A stretch of DNA of 64,000 bases from Squalus acanthias (GCA_030390025.1 CM059438.1:61258001-61322000); one strand, 5' to 3'; numbered from the stretch's first letter, positions 25,451 to 39,400 are shown. Made by a program: numbers and translations. Notes: a model not told the origin generated them from the sequence alone.

Positions 25451-25839
25451 TATATCATATACATTAAATACTACAAATTTGTTATGTTACAAATAGATTT
25501 TAGACGTTAATCAGAATAAGAGATGCTGCTTTCTCTGCAGTGTGTTTCCAGGGCAATAGTTTGCTACAGTTGTTGAAGAAAAGCTGTGTCGGAGTGTTTG
25601 TCGATGTTTCTGCACATGTTGTGGTTCAAGAAATTAATTCTGCAGTTTCAAGTATTCGCTGCTGTGAAACGATAAGGTGAATGGTTGTAAGCAAGCCTGG
25701 ACTGGGTAGATTTCTAATGGCATTTTGTTGAAAAAGAGCTTAAACAATTTAACGTTAAGGTGTGGGTGGGTGGGAGTGGTTGGAAGACAACAGTCTCATT
25801 ACCCATCTGCTGCCATGATGACAACTGAAACTACATGTG

Positions 25840-26053
25840 TGTCCTGAGGTCAATATTTATGTCTCAACCAACATCACTAAAACAGATTATCTTGTCATTT
25901 ATTCATAGCTGTTTGTGGGAGCTTGCTGTGCGCAAATTGGTTGCCACATTACAACAGTGACTGCACCTCAAAAGTACTTCATTGGTTGTAAAGCGCTTTG
26001 GGACGTCCTGAGGTCGTGAAAGGCGCTATAGAAATGCAATTCTTTCTTTCTTT
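25840..26053 (+). mobile_element. Deu-type SINE 3' half
   Basis: CAACCAACATCACTAAAACAGATTATC...AAAGGCGCTATAGAAATGCAA plus (TTTC)n. Confidence 0.8.
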
Positions 26054-26094
26054 AACTAAATTGCTTTTGCGTCATCTGACATCCGGTGATGAAG

Positions 26095-27913
26095 TTATTC
26101 TCTTGGAATTTCTGCCACACACCCCGGGGGTTGTTCTGGTGAAAGGGTGAAAACAGGCACTGTGCTAATAAGACCTGTTTGAAAGTCTGGTTTTAGCATG
26201 CAATTTTGGGGCTACCATGATTTGAACTTGCCTGGAGGCGCTAAAACTGACACCTGCAGGTTTAGCACTCAAACGCTGATTGGACGCAATTTTCGAGCAG
26301 CAGTGTATGTGGGCTCCTAGCACCCACTTCCACTGTGAGTGTGGAGTGCTCTGGCTGGCACACAGCGGCACATTGCAGGATGGCTCAGGGACCGAGGGAG
26401 AGGGCGCACAGGTTCTCGGACACGGCACTGGAGGTCCTGGTGGAGGATGTCCAGAGGAGGAGGGATGTCCTGTACCCGCAGGGGGGATGGAGTCCACCTC
26501 GCCCTCCTGTCACCCTCTCCTGCAGCAGCTGGTGCGGCTCTGCCTGGCCTCATGTCCTCCTCCCATTCCTCCTGCAGACCAAGGGGGAACCCGAGCAAGA
26601 TGCCCATGACCAAGCGCTCCCTTTCTCCTGGTGACTCCTATAAGGTGTCCAATAAGGTAGCACAGCACTTACTCTCTTTAGGTGAAGTCCTCAGAAAATT
26701 TTTGGAAGAAATGTTGATAGAGACTTGAAGTCTTGACAAAGTGTCCTAGAAAGTCTCCCAATTTATTTCAAAAGTCCTCTTCAAACCTGCAGCAGCAAAT
26801 GAACTGTAAAAGGCGATATACCTTTAAGTAGCGCAACGACTTGTTTACTCCCAGTCAGCTGGTCGCTGTTAGGAGAGGGCGTTCGGTCAAGTGCTCTCCA
26901 CCCAAATTCCATGCAGCCTCATTAATGAGCGCTAGCAGGCAATTTAATTGCCAATCAGCCCCTTAACGATCCTTCGGGCAGTTGTTTTTTTTTAATTCAT
27001 TTATGGGATCAGGGCGTCGCTGGCAATGCCAGCATTTATTGCCCATCCCTAGTTGCCCTTGAGAAGGTGGTGGTGAGCCGCCTTCTTGAACCGCTGCAGT
27101 CCGTGTGGTGAAGGTACTCCCACAGTGCTGTTAGGGAGGGAGTTCCAGGATTTTGACCCAGCGACGATGAAGGATCGGCGATATACTTCTAAATCAGGAT
27201 GGTGTGTGACTTGGAGGGGAACTTGGAGGTGGTGGTGTTCCCATGCGTCTGCTGCCCATGTCCTTCTAGGTGGAAGAGGTCGCGGGTTTGAGAGGTGCTG
27301 CTGAAGAAGCCTTGGCGAGTTGCTGCAGTGCATCTTGTAGATGGTACACACTGCAGCCATGGTACGCCGGTGGTGGAGGAAGTGAATGTTTAAGGTGGTG
27401 GATGGGGTGCCAATCAAGCGGGCTGCTTTGTCCCGGATAGTGTCGAGCTTCTTGAGTGTTGTTGGAGCTGCACTCATCCAGGCAAGTGGAGAGTATTCCA
27501 TCACACTCCTTACTTGTGCCTTGTAGATGGTGGCAAGGCTTTGGGGAGTCAGGAGGTGAGACACTCACCGCAGAATACCTAGCCTCTGACCTGCTCTTGT
27601 TGCCACAGTATTTATGTGGCTGGTCCAGTTAATTATCTGGTTAATGGTGACCCCCAGGATGTTGATAGTGGGGGATTCGGCGATGGTAATGCCATTGAAT
27701 GTCAAGGGGAGGTGGTTAGACTCTTGCTTGTTGGAGATAGTCATTGCCTGGCACTTCTGTGGCGCGAATGTTACCTGCCACTTATCAGCGCATGCGCAAG
27801 CTTCAACTCCTTTACCAAGATGACGTCTTGCGCTAAACGCGGGCTAAACCGCCGTTGCAGCTTAAGTAGACAAGTCGTTAGCGCCAAAAGTATCTGGGGA
27901 AAATCGCCTCCCC
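26095..27913 (+). mobile_element. Harbinger deletion derivative (Myb exon-1 remnant abutting transposase 5' end), interrupted by a LINE
   Basis: RERAHRFSDTALEVLVEDVQRRRDVLYP at about 26392-26480 is homologous to the Myb N-termini at 31495 and 36795; boundaries approximate. Confidence 0.6.
26985..27788 (-). mobile_element. CR1/L2-group non-LTR retrotransposon 3' fragment
   Basis: LATIYKAQVRSVMEYSPLAW...KAARLIG...SFIVAGSKSWNSLP...FK C-terminal motifs. Confidence 0.85.
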
Positions 27914-28077
27914 AGTGTTTATTATAATATATACCACAGGGTTATTATTAATGGAAACATGCGCTGTGGAACGTTCATTATCCAGCTACAATTATCCACC
28001 ATTCCAATTATCAGTTGGAATTTTCCAGTACCCCTTGAGGGTCTCTCTTCACTCTTAAAGGTGTTAGCCATGGCTCA

Positions 28078-28653
28078 GTCCATACAGAGTGAAACCAGAT
28101 AACACAGGGTCCGTACAGAGTGAAACCAGATAACACAGGGTCCGTACAGAGTGAAACCAGATAACACAGGGTCCGTACAGAGTGAAATCAGGGAACACAG
28201 GGTCCGTACAGAGTGAAACCAGATAACACAGGGTCCGTACAGAGTGAAACCAGATAACACAGGGTCCGTACAGAGTGAAACCAGATAACACAGGGTCCGT
28301 ACAGAGTGAAACCAGATAACACAGGGTCCGTACAGAGTGAAGCCAGATAACACAGGGTCCGTACAGAGTGAAATCAGGGAACACAGTGTCCGTACAGAGT
28401 GAAACCAGATAACACAGGGTCCGGACAGAGTGAAATCAGGGAACACAGTGTCCGTACAGAGTGAAACCAGATAACACAGGGTCCGTACAGAGTGAAATCA
28501 GGGAACACAGTGTCCGTACAGAGTGAAATCAGGGAACACAGTGTCCGTACAGAGTGAAACCAGATAACACAGGGTCCGTACAGAGTGAAATCAGGGAACA
28601 CGGTGTCCGTACAGAGTGAAATCAGGGAACACAGTGTCCGTACAGAGTGAAAC
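28078..28653. repeat. 31-bp minisatellite GTCCGTACAGAGTGAAACCAGATAACACAGG, about 18 copies, two variants
   Basis: Direct periodicity; variant core ATCAGGGAAC versus ACCAGATAAC. Confidence 0.97.
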
Positions 28654-29027
28654 TGTTTCTGTCTGGGGTGAGTGATAAAACATCTGAAGTACCTTGATGT
28701 AGAATTTGCAAACATTTTTCAACAAATTCCATGTACATGCTTTTGAAAAGCATTCCTGTTGAACATTCCTTGTCGTGTTTCCAAGGTGTGTCCAACTAGG
28801 ATGGGCTGTCAGATCACTCTAGAAACTACGTGGGGATTGTTCAGCTGAAGCCAGTTCCCCAGAGGGAATGCCAGTGTATTTCACTTGGTGCCACACTTCT
28901 GAGGGAGAAGGCGGCCACACTTTGTTCAAGGCTGCGTTGACGCTCATGAAGGGGCCAACATCTAGGCTGGTCATTGTGTTTCAGAACTGCAGTATATTTC
29001 GAACATCACATTAGTAATACCTCTTTG

Positions 29028-29137
29028 GTGTCGGCCATGGCCCAAGTGTGTAGCACTGTCACCTCTGAGTCAGTAGATTGTGAGTCTGCGTCCCACTCCA
29101 CAGGCTGGAGCACATCATCTAGGCTGGCACTCCAGTC
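29028..29137 (+). mobile_element. SINE 5' head
   Basis: GGCCATGGCCCAAGTGTG...CCCACTCCACAGG...CTAGGCTGGCACTCCAGT. Confidence 0.6.
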
Positions 29138-30622
29138 CATAGAAACATAGGAACAGGAATAGGCTATTCAGCCCCTTGAGCCAGTTCTGTCATTCAATGA
29201 GATCATGGCTGATCTGTATCTTAACTCCATCCACCTGCCTATACACGTTTATACCTTGTCTAGCAAAAATCTATCAATCTCAGAATTAAAATGATTAATT
29301 GAGCTGGCGTCTACTGCTTTTTGTGGGGGAGAGTGTTCCACACTTCTACCACCCTTTGTGTGAAGAAGTGCTTCCTAACTTCTCTCCTGAATGGCCAGGC
29401 TCTGATTTTAAGGCTATGTCCCCTTGTCCTAGACTCCCCCACCAGCGGACAAAGCTTCTCTCTATCTACCCTATCAATTCCTTTCAAAATCCTAAAAGCC
29501 TCAATCAAATCACCCCTTAACCTTCGAGTATTCCAGGGAATGCAAGCCTAATTTATGTAATCTCTCCTAATAATTTAACCCTTGGAGCCCTGGTAACATT
29601 CTGGTGAATCTGCGCTGCACTCCTTTCAAGGCCAATGTATCCTTTCTAAGGTGCGGTCCCCAGAACTGTGCACAGTGCTCCAGATGTGGTCTAACCAGGG
29701 CTTTGTATAGCTGGAGCAAAACTTCCTCCCCTTTATATTCTAGCCCTCCAGTTTCATTCCATTAGCCTTTTTGATTTTTTTTTGTACCTGTCCACTACAT
29801 TTTAGTGATCTCTGTACATGGACCCCTAAATCTCTTTAGACTTCCACTGCTCCTAGCTTTTCACCCTATAAATAATATTCGGATATATCCTTTTTGGTCC
29901 AAATTGTGTTATCTAAGTCATTAATAAATACAGTGAATGGTTGAGGCCCCAGCACAAATCCTTGTGGGACACCACGAGTCACTTCCTTTCAATTCGAGTA
30001 CATACCCATTATCCTTACTCTCTGTCTTCTACCGCTTAACCAATCTCCTAACCAGGTCAATAATTTGCCTTCAATTCCACAAGTTTTAATTTTAGCTAAC
30101 AGTCTCTTATGTGGAACCTTATCGAATGCCTTCCGGAATTCCATATAAACTACATCTATAAACAATCCCCTGCCTACTACTTTAGTTACTTCCTCAAAAA
30201 ATATAATTAGGTTCATTAGACATGACCTACCCTTTACAAATCCATCCATGTTGGCTCTCTCCAATCAGCTCAAATTTCTCGAAGTGCTCAGTCATTCTGC
30301 CCTTAATTATAGATTCCAATAACTTCCCCACAACAGATGTTAGACTAACAGGTCTATATTTTCCTGGTTTCTCTCTCTCACCTTTCTTAAATAATGGAGT
30401 TACATTTGCAATTTTCCAATCTAAAGGGGTAATTCGTGAATCAAGTGAGCTTTGTAAGATTATGGCTAAAGCATCATTGTCAGACTTTAGTGGCATTATT
30501 TTTTCGAATACTGTTTTCCTGCTTATGTTAATTTTAGTCAGTTCCAGTCCTTGATTCATTATTAGATTCCCTGGAATGTCAGGTGTACTATCCTCTTCCT
30601 CTACCGTGAAGACTGACACAAA
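29138..30622 (-). mobile_element. Degenerate CR1 LINE with internal deletions
   Basis: YRPVSLTSVVGK, GFVKGRSCL, KAFDKVPH and FFTQRVV motifs in shifting frames. Confidence 0.9.
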
Positions 30623-31494
30623 AGCCGGAATTTTCTTTACCTTGGCGGGTCCGGTCCGGCCGGTGTCTGTGGTGGGTCACGATCCCACTGCTGGCTCCAG
30701 CCCGCTGTAGAAAATTAACTTACCTTAATGGGGCCTATTAAAATCCACCCAGCGAATTACCTGGCCCAATGAGATGGAGCGGGTCTGGTGACGTCATTCA
30801 TGACGCGTTTGCAGCCGGGATCCTTAAAGGGACCATGGCCACATTGAATTTTAAGCTTAATCTAACATAGTGGGTGTTGAATCTTTATTCTACAATAATA
30901 TAATAAAAGTTATATATGAGTGACAAAGAAATATTTAAATAATATTATCATTAAGTAATATGATGCCATCTACAAATACGATTAAGAACATAATTAAAAA
31001 AGTACATTAATTGGGAGGTTATTGGTGCTTTAGTCACAAATCTATAGACTTTTGTATCAGTAACTGGTACAAATAAAAGATATGTGTGTATAGGTAATAC
31101 ATAAAATTAAGCAGATTTTAAATGTAATTGTAAAGGGGTGGATTTACAATCTTATGCAAGTTCAGCGGAAGAGCTGTGGAATCCCTGACAAACAGCGTAA
31201 GCGGTGCTTACAATGGGCTGGATTTTGTCATGGGGGCGGGCTGGGGGCGCGTCAGGTGGTCATCGTGTCAGGATCCTGACTCCGATGTAAAGTGGGAAAA
31301 AAGTGCGATTTTGCCCTAATTGGGCAATTGATTTCCAGCGTGTGGAAACCCCTGGCCCAATGAGCCTTTTCATACAGAAACTTGCCTTCGATTATGTCAT
31401 CAATGCTGCTGGATTTAAGGCCTGCAAGCAGCCTTGCTTCTTTTTCAGCCTTTCAACTTTGTGACCATTGTTCTGAGTGATTCCTTCTGCAAGT

Positions 31495-33481
31495 ATGTCC
31501 AGCACTAGACCAAAGTGTGCACCTAGATTTGATGAGGCCTCCCTCCAAGCTCTGGTGGAGGGAGCAAAAGCAAACAAGGAAGTGCCCTTTCCTTCCTCAG
31601 GCAGGAAAAAGCATCCACAACAGACTAAAGCTGTGAGGCTGCAAGTGGCACAGGAGGTCAATGCTATTTCTATGTGCAGCAGAACCTGGCTGCAATGCCG
31701 AAAGAGGTTTCATGAGCTTCTCTGCACAGGAAAAGTGAGTATTACATTCCCATCACCCTCAATCAGATCCCCATTGCCTCTCATCACCAGCACTCTGCTT
31801 TGTCAACCTCCTCCTGCACATCCCACTTCACCCTTACATCCCTGCACCCTTACCATTCCCTCTCTCTCTATGTTCACATTCACTGAACTATTCGACAATG
31901 CAGCCCTCACACTCCCTATCACTGTGATGCAATGCCATCAACTTACAACACACAGGGAGGGCCCTTGGTCTTGGCACCTCACTCCATCTTTGTCTCCTTC
32001 TAAGCATCTATGCTATGGATTCTCTACACTCACTCCTTCATTCTCACTCAAACTCCACTTGTGTCCCTCATTGCAGGAAAAGAGAGCCCACAGTAAGAGG
32101 GAAGGGTGAAGACAGAAGGAGGCCCACCCTCAATAGCCCAGCTCACCAATGCAGAGGAGGTGGCCCTGGAGATTGTGGGAGTGGCGGACGATGCGCAAGT
32201 GAGGGACGGACAGACAGGCACATCACAGCAAGCTGGTGACAGAATAGTTTTGCATCTCATTGACATTGCATGAGTGACTGATAATGATTCTGATGCTCTA
32301 ACAGATTGACTTATGATCATCTGCACAATTTAATGTGCATGCAACCTTTATCTCACATCTCTAACTCTTTCCTTTACTCCCCCACAGGACCATCGAGAGC
32401 CCCCGTCCCCACTGTCCAGGAGGAACAGCCTGAGCCTAAAGACTCCTCAGAGGAAGCTGCATCCTCTGAGGGCGCAGCGTCAGCAGAATTCAGCGCACCC
32501 AGCACCAGCGCAGACACTAACACCTCGGTGGGACCTTCGCGAGATAGAGTAGTGTTGTCACCTGGTGTATCACAGATCACAAGTGAGCATCAGCAGATGG
32601 TGGAGACAGGGACAGCAGTGGAGAGTCCTCGTCAGAGGGCGCAGGACACTCCCAGCTCGGCTCAGCTGCATGTCGACCCTGTGCCTCCGGGTCCATCCAG
32701 AAGGAGAGCAGTGCTGGAACTCCAGGAACAGGTGCAGGAGTCTCTGGCAGGTTTTGTCTCCAGGGTCGCTGCGAGTGTGGAGTGAATGGAGGAGTCAATC
32801 GTGAACATGAGCAGAGCCTTTGTGGAGGCATTGGCGCATGAACACATCACCACGGAAAGGATGGCAACCTCCGTGGAAAAGATGGCTACCTCCGTGGTAA
32901 GGCTGGCTACCGTAGAGGAGAGGATGGCTACGGCCATGGAGGAGCTTAGTCGCCAGCGTCTTGAAAACATGGTGATTGTTCAGAATAGACTGACATCTCT
33001 TGAGGAGCGATGGTCAGATATTGAGCATAGAAACCAGACCTTCATGGAAGTCCTCTGGAGTAGGACTTCCAGTGCAGAAACGGATCCTCATGGCCCCCCT
33101 GAAGTGCAGCAAGGTGCTGTCAAGCCACTTGCTAGCTCTGAAGTGGTGCTGACCCATGAGAGGGATGTTGGTGGCAGAGAACAAGGAAGTGGGGGCTCCT
33201 CTCCAAGCGCTCACACGACCATGCAAAGCCCTCGGTCAGAGCCCCACCAGAGTCCTCACCCAACTGAGATGGTAGTCTCAGCCCCTGCACAGCCGCAGGA
33301 GCAGCAGACTGTTGCCGAGCCCTCACAGGCACGCAACCCCAGAGGATGCCCGCCAAAGGTGTTGAGACAGGAGCAGCAAGAAAGTGAGCAAGGGGCCTCC
33401 ACATCTGCTGAAGCCACAGGGGAAGCACCACGTAGGAGCACGCGTAAGAGGAAGATAAAGTACAAGCAGTCACAAGGGTAG
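31495..33481 (+). pseudogene. Harbinger Myb/SANT-like (NAIF1/MSANTD-type) DNA-binding protein; exons 31495-31734, 32077-32235, 32388-33481
   Basis: PRFDEASLQALVEG...VAQEVN...RTWLQCRKRFHEL; GT-AG introns in phases 0 and 1; 1-nt frameshift near 32104 and in-frame TGA at 32783-32785; C-terminal RRSTRKRKIK. Confidence 0.88.
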
Positions 33482-33727
33482 TCACTTGGGTGTTCTGTTG
33501 TGTTTATTTTTGAAAAGCCATCCGTGAATTGTGATGATAAACAAATTTGATGGCAAACTGTTGAAGTTGTAGCCTGTGTCATTTCGCAAATAGGACTTCC
33601 ACATTGAGGCCTTAGGGCGACTTGCAATTGTCAGTATGGAGGTCAGAGTGATAGGAATCCGCAGGTTCTTGTCCATTGTTGATGCTCTGGTAAGAAGGTG
33701 CGAGGCAAAAGTGCTTGATTGTGCAGG

Positions 33728-34971
33728 CTAAGCAAATCTGACCAAGATGAGTGCGTCCCTTGCATCCCGGGTAGCAATGTGCTTGCGTGCTGGTGCCGCT
33801 GGTTGATGTGCCTCCGCAAGCTGTTCGTTGTCGGTGTCCTCCTCCTCCTCCTCCTCATCTGAGGAGGCTATGCGATCATCACTTGTACCTCAGACAGCTG
33901 CAAGCCACGATGCTGTGCCATGTTGTGAAGTGCACAGCAGACCACGACGATTCTGGAGACCCTGGCTGCTGAGTACTGCAGGACTCCACCTGATCTATCA
34001 AGGCATCTGAATCGCATCTTCAGCAAGCCGATGGTTTGCTCGACTATGGATCTGGTGGAAATGTGGCTGGAGTTGTAGCGCTCCTCAGCGTGGTTGGAAG
34101 GGCTCCTCAAAGGCGTCATTAGCCACGTCTTCAGGGGATAGCCCTTGTCTCCAAGTAGCCATCCAAAAAGTTGGTCTGGCGGACTGAAGAGCGGAGGCAC
34201 ACTAGACTGGCGCAGGCTGAAGGAGTCATGGCAACTGCCAGGGTACTTGACGCAAACATGCAAAATTTCCTTATTGTGGTCACACACCAACTGTATGTTG
34301 AGGGAGTGGAAGCCCTTACGGTTGACAAAAATACCTGGATTGTGATGGGGTGCCTTAAGGGCCACATGTGTGCAGTCAACGACGCCCTGCACCCTTGGAA
34401 AGCCTGCCAGATTGGCAAACCCAACCGCACGCGTGGTTACACTGGCTTGATCCTTGGAGAAATTGATGTAATTATGAGCGATGGCAAAGAGGGCATCGGT
34501 TACCTGCGTGATGCAAGTGTGTGCGGCTGCCTGGGAGACGCCGCTGATGTCTGCTGCTGATCCCTGGAATGAGCCTGAAACAAAAAGGTTGAGTGCGGTG
34601 GTGACTTTGACGGCCACTGGTAAGGGGTGTCCACCGGATCCTCTGGGCTCCAGGTCTTGCTGCAGCATTGCGCAGATGTCACCCACTACCTCTCGCTAAA
34701 GTCTGAGCCTCCTTTGGCACTGCTGCTCAGTCATGTTGAGGTAGCTGATCCTCTGTCTGTAGACCCTGTTTTGGGGGTATCTCCAGCGCCGACGTGCTTC
34801 CATGCGCTGGCACCTTCTGGCCTGTGCAGCTTCAGGTGGGTGAGCTGCAGCTTGGAGCTCCTGTTGTTGCTCCTGCAATTGGTGCTGCTGATGTTCAGGG
34901 TTCTGCTGCTGCCGCGGCTCTTCTTCATCCGAATCTGATGTCCAGGATGAAAGGAAATAAATGGTTCCCAT
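33728..34971 (-). pseudogene. Harbinger DDE transposase (HARBI1-like, DDE_Tnp_4 family)
   Basis: [42 protein letters not shown] and CCALHN motifs; in-frame TAG at 34696-34698 (RLRL*REVV); frameshift near 33880 before the acidic tail SSDEEE...ARDALILVRFA*. Confidence 0.93.
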
Positions 34972-36457
34972 GCTTCTGGTATATACCTCAGTTGAGGAAG
35001 CGCTCAGTCAATGTGGGGAGAGAGGTTTCCCAGGAGGTCACACTGGAGATGGGTGTCAGGCTCCAAACTTCCACAACAATGAGTAGGCCTGCTAAAAGTT
35101 CCCCCAGACCTGAGACAACAAGGTTCTGCCACCTGCAAATGATGATTGCTGAAAACTCCTTTTTAATGGTGGAGCTGCAGCTGTTAGTAAGCAATCCACT
35201 TGTGAGGCCGCCAGGATTCACTGGCGTGTTCCAGAGGAGATGTGTAGCACGGGGGAAATGTCTTAAATTCAGAAAGGCCTCTCAAAATGGGATTATAGAG
35301 ACAATTAACTGGTAGTTAAGGGCCTTAAGGGCCTATCCCGCCTCTTGGAGGCGGGATGGAAACGGGGTCTGAAACCACGAATGTGGGAAAATTGCTCGGA
35401 GGCGGGATGGAGGTGGGATCGGAGCCGCCCGCCATTTTCTGCGATTTTTACAACTCACACGCCCCCAATCCCGCCTCCTCGGGCCTGGCAAAATCGAGCC
35501 CAATGTGTTTCTGGGATTTCTGCAGCTCTTCTGTTGAAGTTAACAATGGACAAAGTGAGAGAACCTCCGCAGAACTTTACCTTAAAAATTCAGACTGAAA
35601 AATTAAATTAGTTATATTCAGGGCCTGAAAGCAAATTGAACCAGTGGAATGAGTGATGAGAATGAAATTGTTATGGTTGATGACTTGATTTAATGTGTAA
35701 CTGACTAATCACAGTGTACTGTGAGGAAAACCTGACCAGAAACAACACAAAAATGTATTTAAATGGTATATATCATTTTTTATAGTACAGATGAATTCAC
35801 TGCAATTACTGTTGAGTTGGAAGGCAACAGCCGAGAATGGCCAGTGAAAGATATATTTCCCTCACCATCCAGGGTAGCACTTACATCCCTTCAGGAATTT
35901 CTGAATGAACATTTACCAGTAGCATTTCAAGTTGAACAGAATCTCCATCAGTCTGTTAGCTGATGTAATCAGCATGTTTTTATTTTGGTTTGTTTTCCGC
36001 GCTGTCAAGTAATCAGCTGGAGCAATGGCCACGGAACCCCCGCCTCAGGTTGACAGACGTGGTTCCCGAGCTGCGTGAATCCCGTGGCCATGCAGGAAAA
36101 TTTAAAAAGTAAGTGAAAAAAGACTCTTAAATGCCTGTAAACTGCCTGATAATCATCTCAACTGGGACCCCCGCCGCTGCCAGTCGGTCGGCTCCACAAT
36201 GAGAGGCGCACCGGGGGAAAGGCACGTGGGAGCGAGAGGACAGCGGGTTCCCGACCCACTGTCAAAAATAATAACTTTCCCACCCGACCCGCCACCGATC
36301 ACACCCGCTATCACCCTGGAAAATTCAGCCCAAAGTCATTATTCAACAAGTCTGCCATTTCCATATTTTGATTTGCAAAATTACCCCATCTGTTTTTAAA
36401 GGGTCCATATTACCCTTGACTACCCTTTTTCTTCTACTATAATTGTAAAAACTTTAA

Positions 36458-39400
36458 GGGCTAGAAATTCGTTATAGCCAAGGAATGGGCGGTGTCAGTA
36501 GATAAGTTGGAGAATTAGCGCCAGGCACTAATTCTTTAGACTGCACATAAAATTTGTGCTGACTGCTCAAAAAGTCTTAAAACCCAAGCTCATTGGCGTT
36601 ACATTTAAAGGATGGACCAATCACAACTCATCATTGCCACAGGCTTTTTTCACTACTTAAAGGGGAGGTTCATTGATACTGCAGCACCTCATTCTCAGCA
36701 TTGCTGGCTGTGCAGCTGCCTCAGCAAGCAGAAGCAGAACAAGAGGAAGGAGCCAGAGGACTGAACTAGGTGTGCTCACTGCAGGTCCACACCCCAGGGA
36801 GAGAGCCCGCAGATTCTCCGATGAAGCATTGGAGGCATTGGTTTTCGTTGTGGAGAGATGGAGGGCAGTGCTCTACCTGGCAAGTGGCAGGAAGCCCTCG
36901 CCACAAGTCTTCCGCACCATGTGGAGAGAGGTAGCACAGCACGTATCAGGCAGCACTGTGGTCCCCAGGACCCACAGATAGTGCAGGAAGAAATGTAATG
37001 ACCTCACTTGGGTGGTCAGGGTGAGTGAATGCTTCAACAAATGCTACATACTACCATCTGTACCACAATCTTCACACACTGCCCAAAGCACCACACCCCC
37101 AGCACTCACCCACCAACAATCTCTACCTAGCAACACTCACACCCACATCTCACACCTTGCACACAATGACAGCTATTCAACTATGGCAGGCACATCACCC
37201 AAACACATTGCTCCACACTCACACACACACTTTCCTTTCTCTTGCAGCTCAAGGTGGCACACAACAGGAGGCAGCAGGAGCGCACAGGCGGGGGACAAGC
37301 CAACACCCAACCACTGTCTACAATGGAGAATCCAGTGCTGCAAATCATTGGGCGCTAGGTGGTGGGCGCCTTGGCCACTGGTGACGTTGATCCCCTTGGG
37401 GACAACAACGGTATGTTCATCCCAACTCCTTCTTCTAACATCCCATTTCCCCCTCACCCCACAAGCGTTTTGTACTTTCCAGCTAATTATGCTGTATGCA
37501 TGCCTTTCTCCCTTCCTACCCCCCTCCCCTCACCTTAACCCGAATCTTGTGCCTTTATGCTTTCAGATAATCAGCAAGCACCTGAGCAGCCTGTCCCTGA
37601 GGGCACCGTAGAGAGCGAGACGGGAGAAGAGGAGGAGGAAGAACACACCGCGTCACTGCATCTCTCACTCGCAGGCACCAGCTCAGATACTGGCACTATG
37701 CGTTCTTTAGCAGCTAGCATACTAGCGGGATCAGCACAGGGTGAGGAACCGGGGACGAGTGGGCTCCAGCAAGGCCAGGGGGAAAGGGTAGCTCGGGAGC
37801 CAGCTCCCCGGAGGGCGAGTTTGTGCATGAGTTCTGCTGCACAGGACTCAGTTGAGGACCTCAATGGGGAGGCCTTTAGAAGAAGGGTGACGGGCATGCA
37901 CACGGAGATGATAGGTGCGATGGCAAGGGTGCCTGAGAGCCTCTCAGCAATGGTAAGGAGCATGGAGGAGTCCGCCTCCAACATTGCACAAGGTTCTGCG
38001 CACACCATGGAGCCCATCATTTCCAGTCTGCAAAGGATGGTAGTCTCCCAGAGAGACCGTGGCGACCCAGACCTGATGCCGCGTGTGATGGGTGATCTGG
38101 CAGCTTCCATTGCAGCACAGGCGGAAGCGACGCAATGTCTTAGTGCTGGAATGGAGTCTATGCTTGGTGGCATCCAATCTCAGACTGTTCTTATGCAGTC
38201 TCAGCTTGATGCCATGCAAGCTCTAACTGCTGCCATCGTGGCTGGGTCTACCACTGTCAACCGGGGCTTTCATGGTGTCGCAGCAGGCCAGCAATCTGTG
38301 CTCCAAGAGATTGCTAGGGATGCTGAGGTGCTGCCCCGAGGGAGTGGCAGTGGGTCAGTGGAGCAGGACCCTGCTGTCCTCTCTCAGGATGACAGCATTC
38401 CTGCTCCCACCACTGGCACTCCGCCATTGCCCTTGTCGCTGCCTGTCATCCAGCCAGCCCAGACTGCTGTCGCCCATGCTGAGGTGGTGCAGTCTACAGC
38501 CGGGCCTTCCAGGCCCAGAGCTGGTCGAGGGCATCCTGCAAGGCCAACCCCAGTCTCCCGCACGAATACTCAGCAGCCTTCCACCAGCCCTGCTGCAGCC
38601 ACTGGGCCAACACTTCGTAAGATCACTAGAGCACAGTAACGACAGGCACAAGGGTGAAAAGTAAATATTTTTGGTGTGTATATGTGTCCTCTACTTTTTG
38701 ATAAATTTATTACTTCACTTACCATTCTTTTGTGGTGTCTCTCATTTCAGCTTTGCGCTGTGATATGGCCTGCGAGAGGGATGGAATGATGGGGATGTGG
38801 TGAGCAAAGGGGATCTGGGGTTTAAGTCATCCTGGTGTGAGGCTGGAGGTCTGTTTGGAGGAGGTGGCAGAGTTCTGTGACCACCTCCTTGTCTAATACA
38901 CTGCTTCTCGCTTAATTGAAGGTAGGAGAAGTGCTCTCGGAATACCCTCAGAGGGTATGTCCTCCTGGTGAGAGTCCTGATGTTCCTCCTCATCTCTCTG
39001 AGCACATGTTCCCGTATTTCTTGCTGCCTACGCTCCCTCCGCCATAGATCCTGGAGAGGCGAGGTGGCGCCTGTACAGTCCCCATTAATGTTACCCAGTG
39101 TAGCAGTTTGAATCTTTGAAGAATAAATGTAGCTACTTTTTAGTTGCCAGAAGACTCCTGATACAAAAGAACCTTGAAGTTACTGAATGAAACTGTTGCA
39201 ATGGGTGAAACTAACAAAAAACCACTGAAACTGCACTAACCTGACAACTGCGAGTGATTACTGATGATCCCTTTAAATAACATCCCTGGAGCCAGCTTCC
39301 TGGTGCTGCACGTCAGCTCTCCCTGTCAGTGTTTACTCCAGGTGGTGAGGTAAGTGGCAAGAATCAATTTTGCAAAACAGGCGGTCAGTTGCACACTCAC

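Larger units (their letters stand above)
31215..35501. mobile_element. Full-length PIF/Harbinger DNA transposon (4287 bp), mutated
   Basis: TIRs GGGCTGGATTTTGTCA / TGGCAAAATCGAGCCC (14 of 16 match); TSD AAT (31212-31214, 35502-35504); convergent Myb-like and DDE genes. Confidence 0.95.

Noticed and set aside
28078..28653. CRISPR-like appearance of the 31-bp repeats
   Set aside because: Head-to-tail with no unique spacers, no cas genes, eukaryotic context
33728..34971. Host HARBI1 gene
   Set aside because: Bounded by TIRs and a TSD, paired with a Myb ORF and disrupted; a transposon copy, not the domesticated gene
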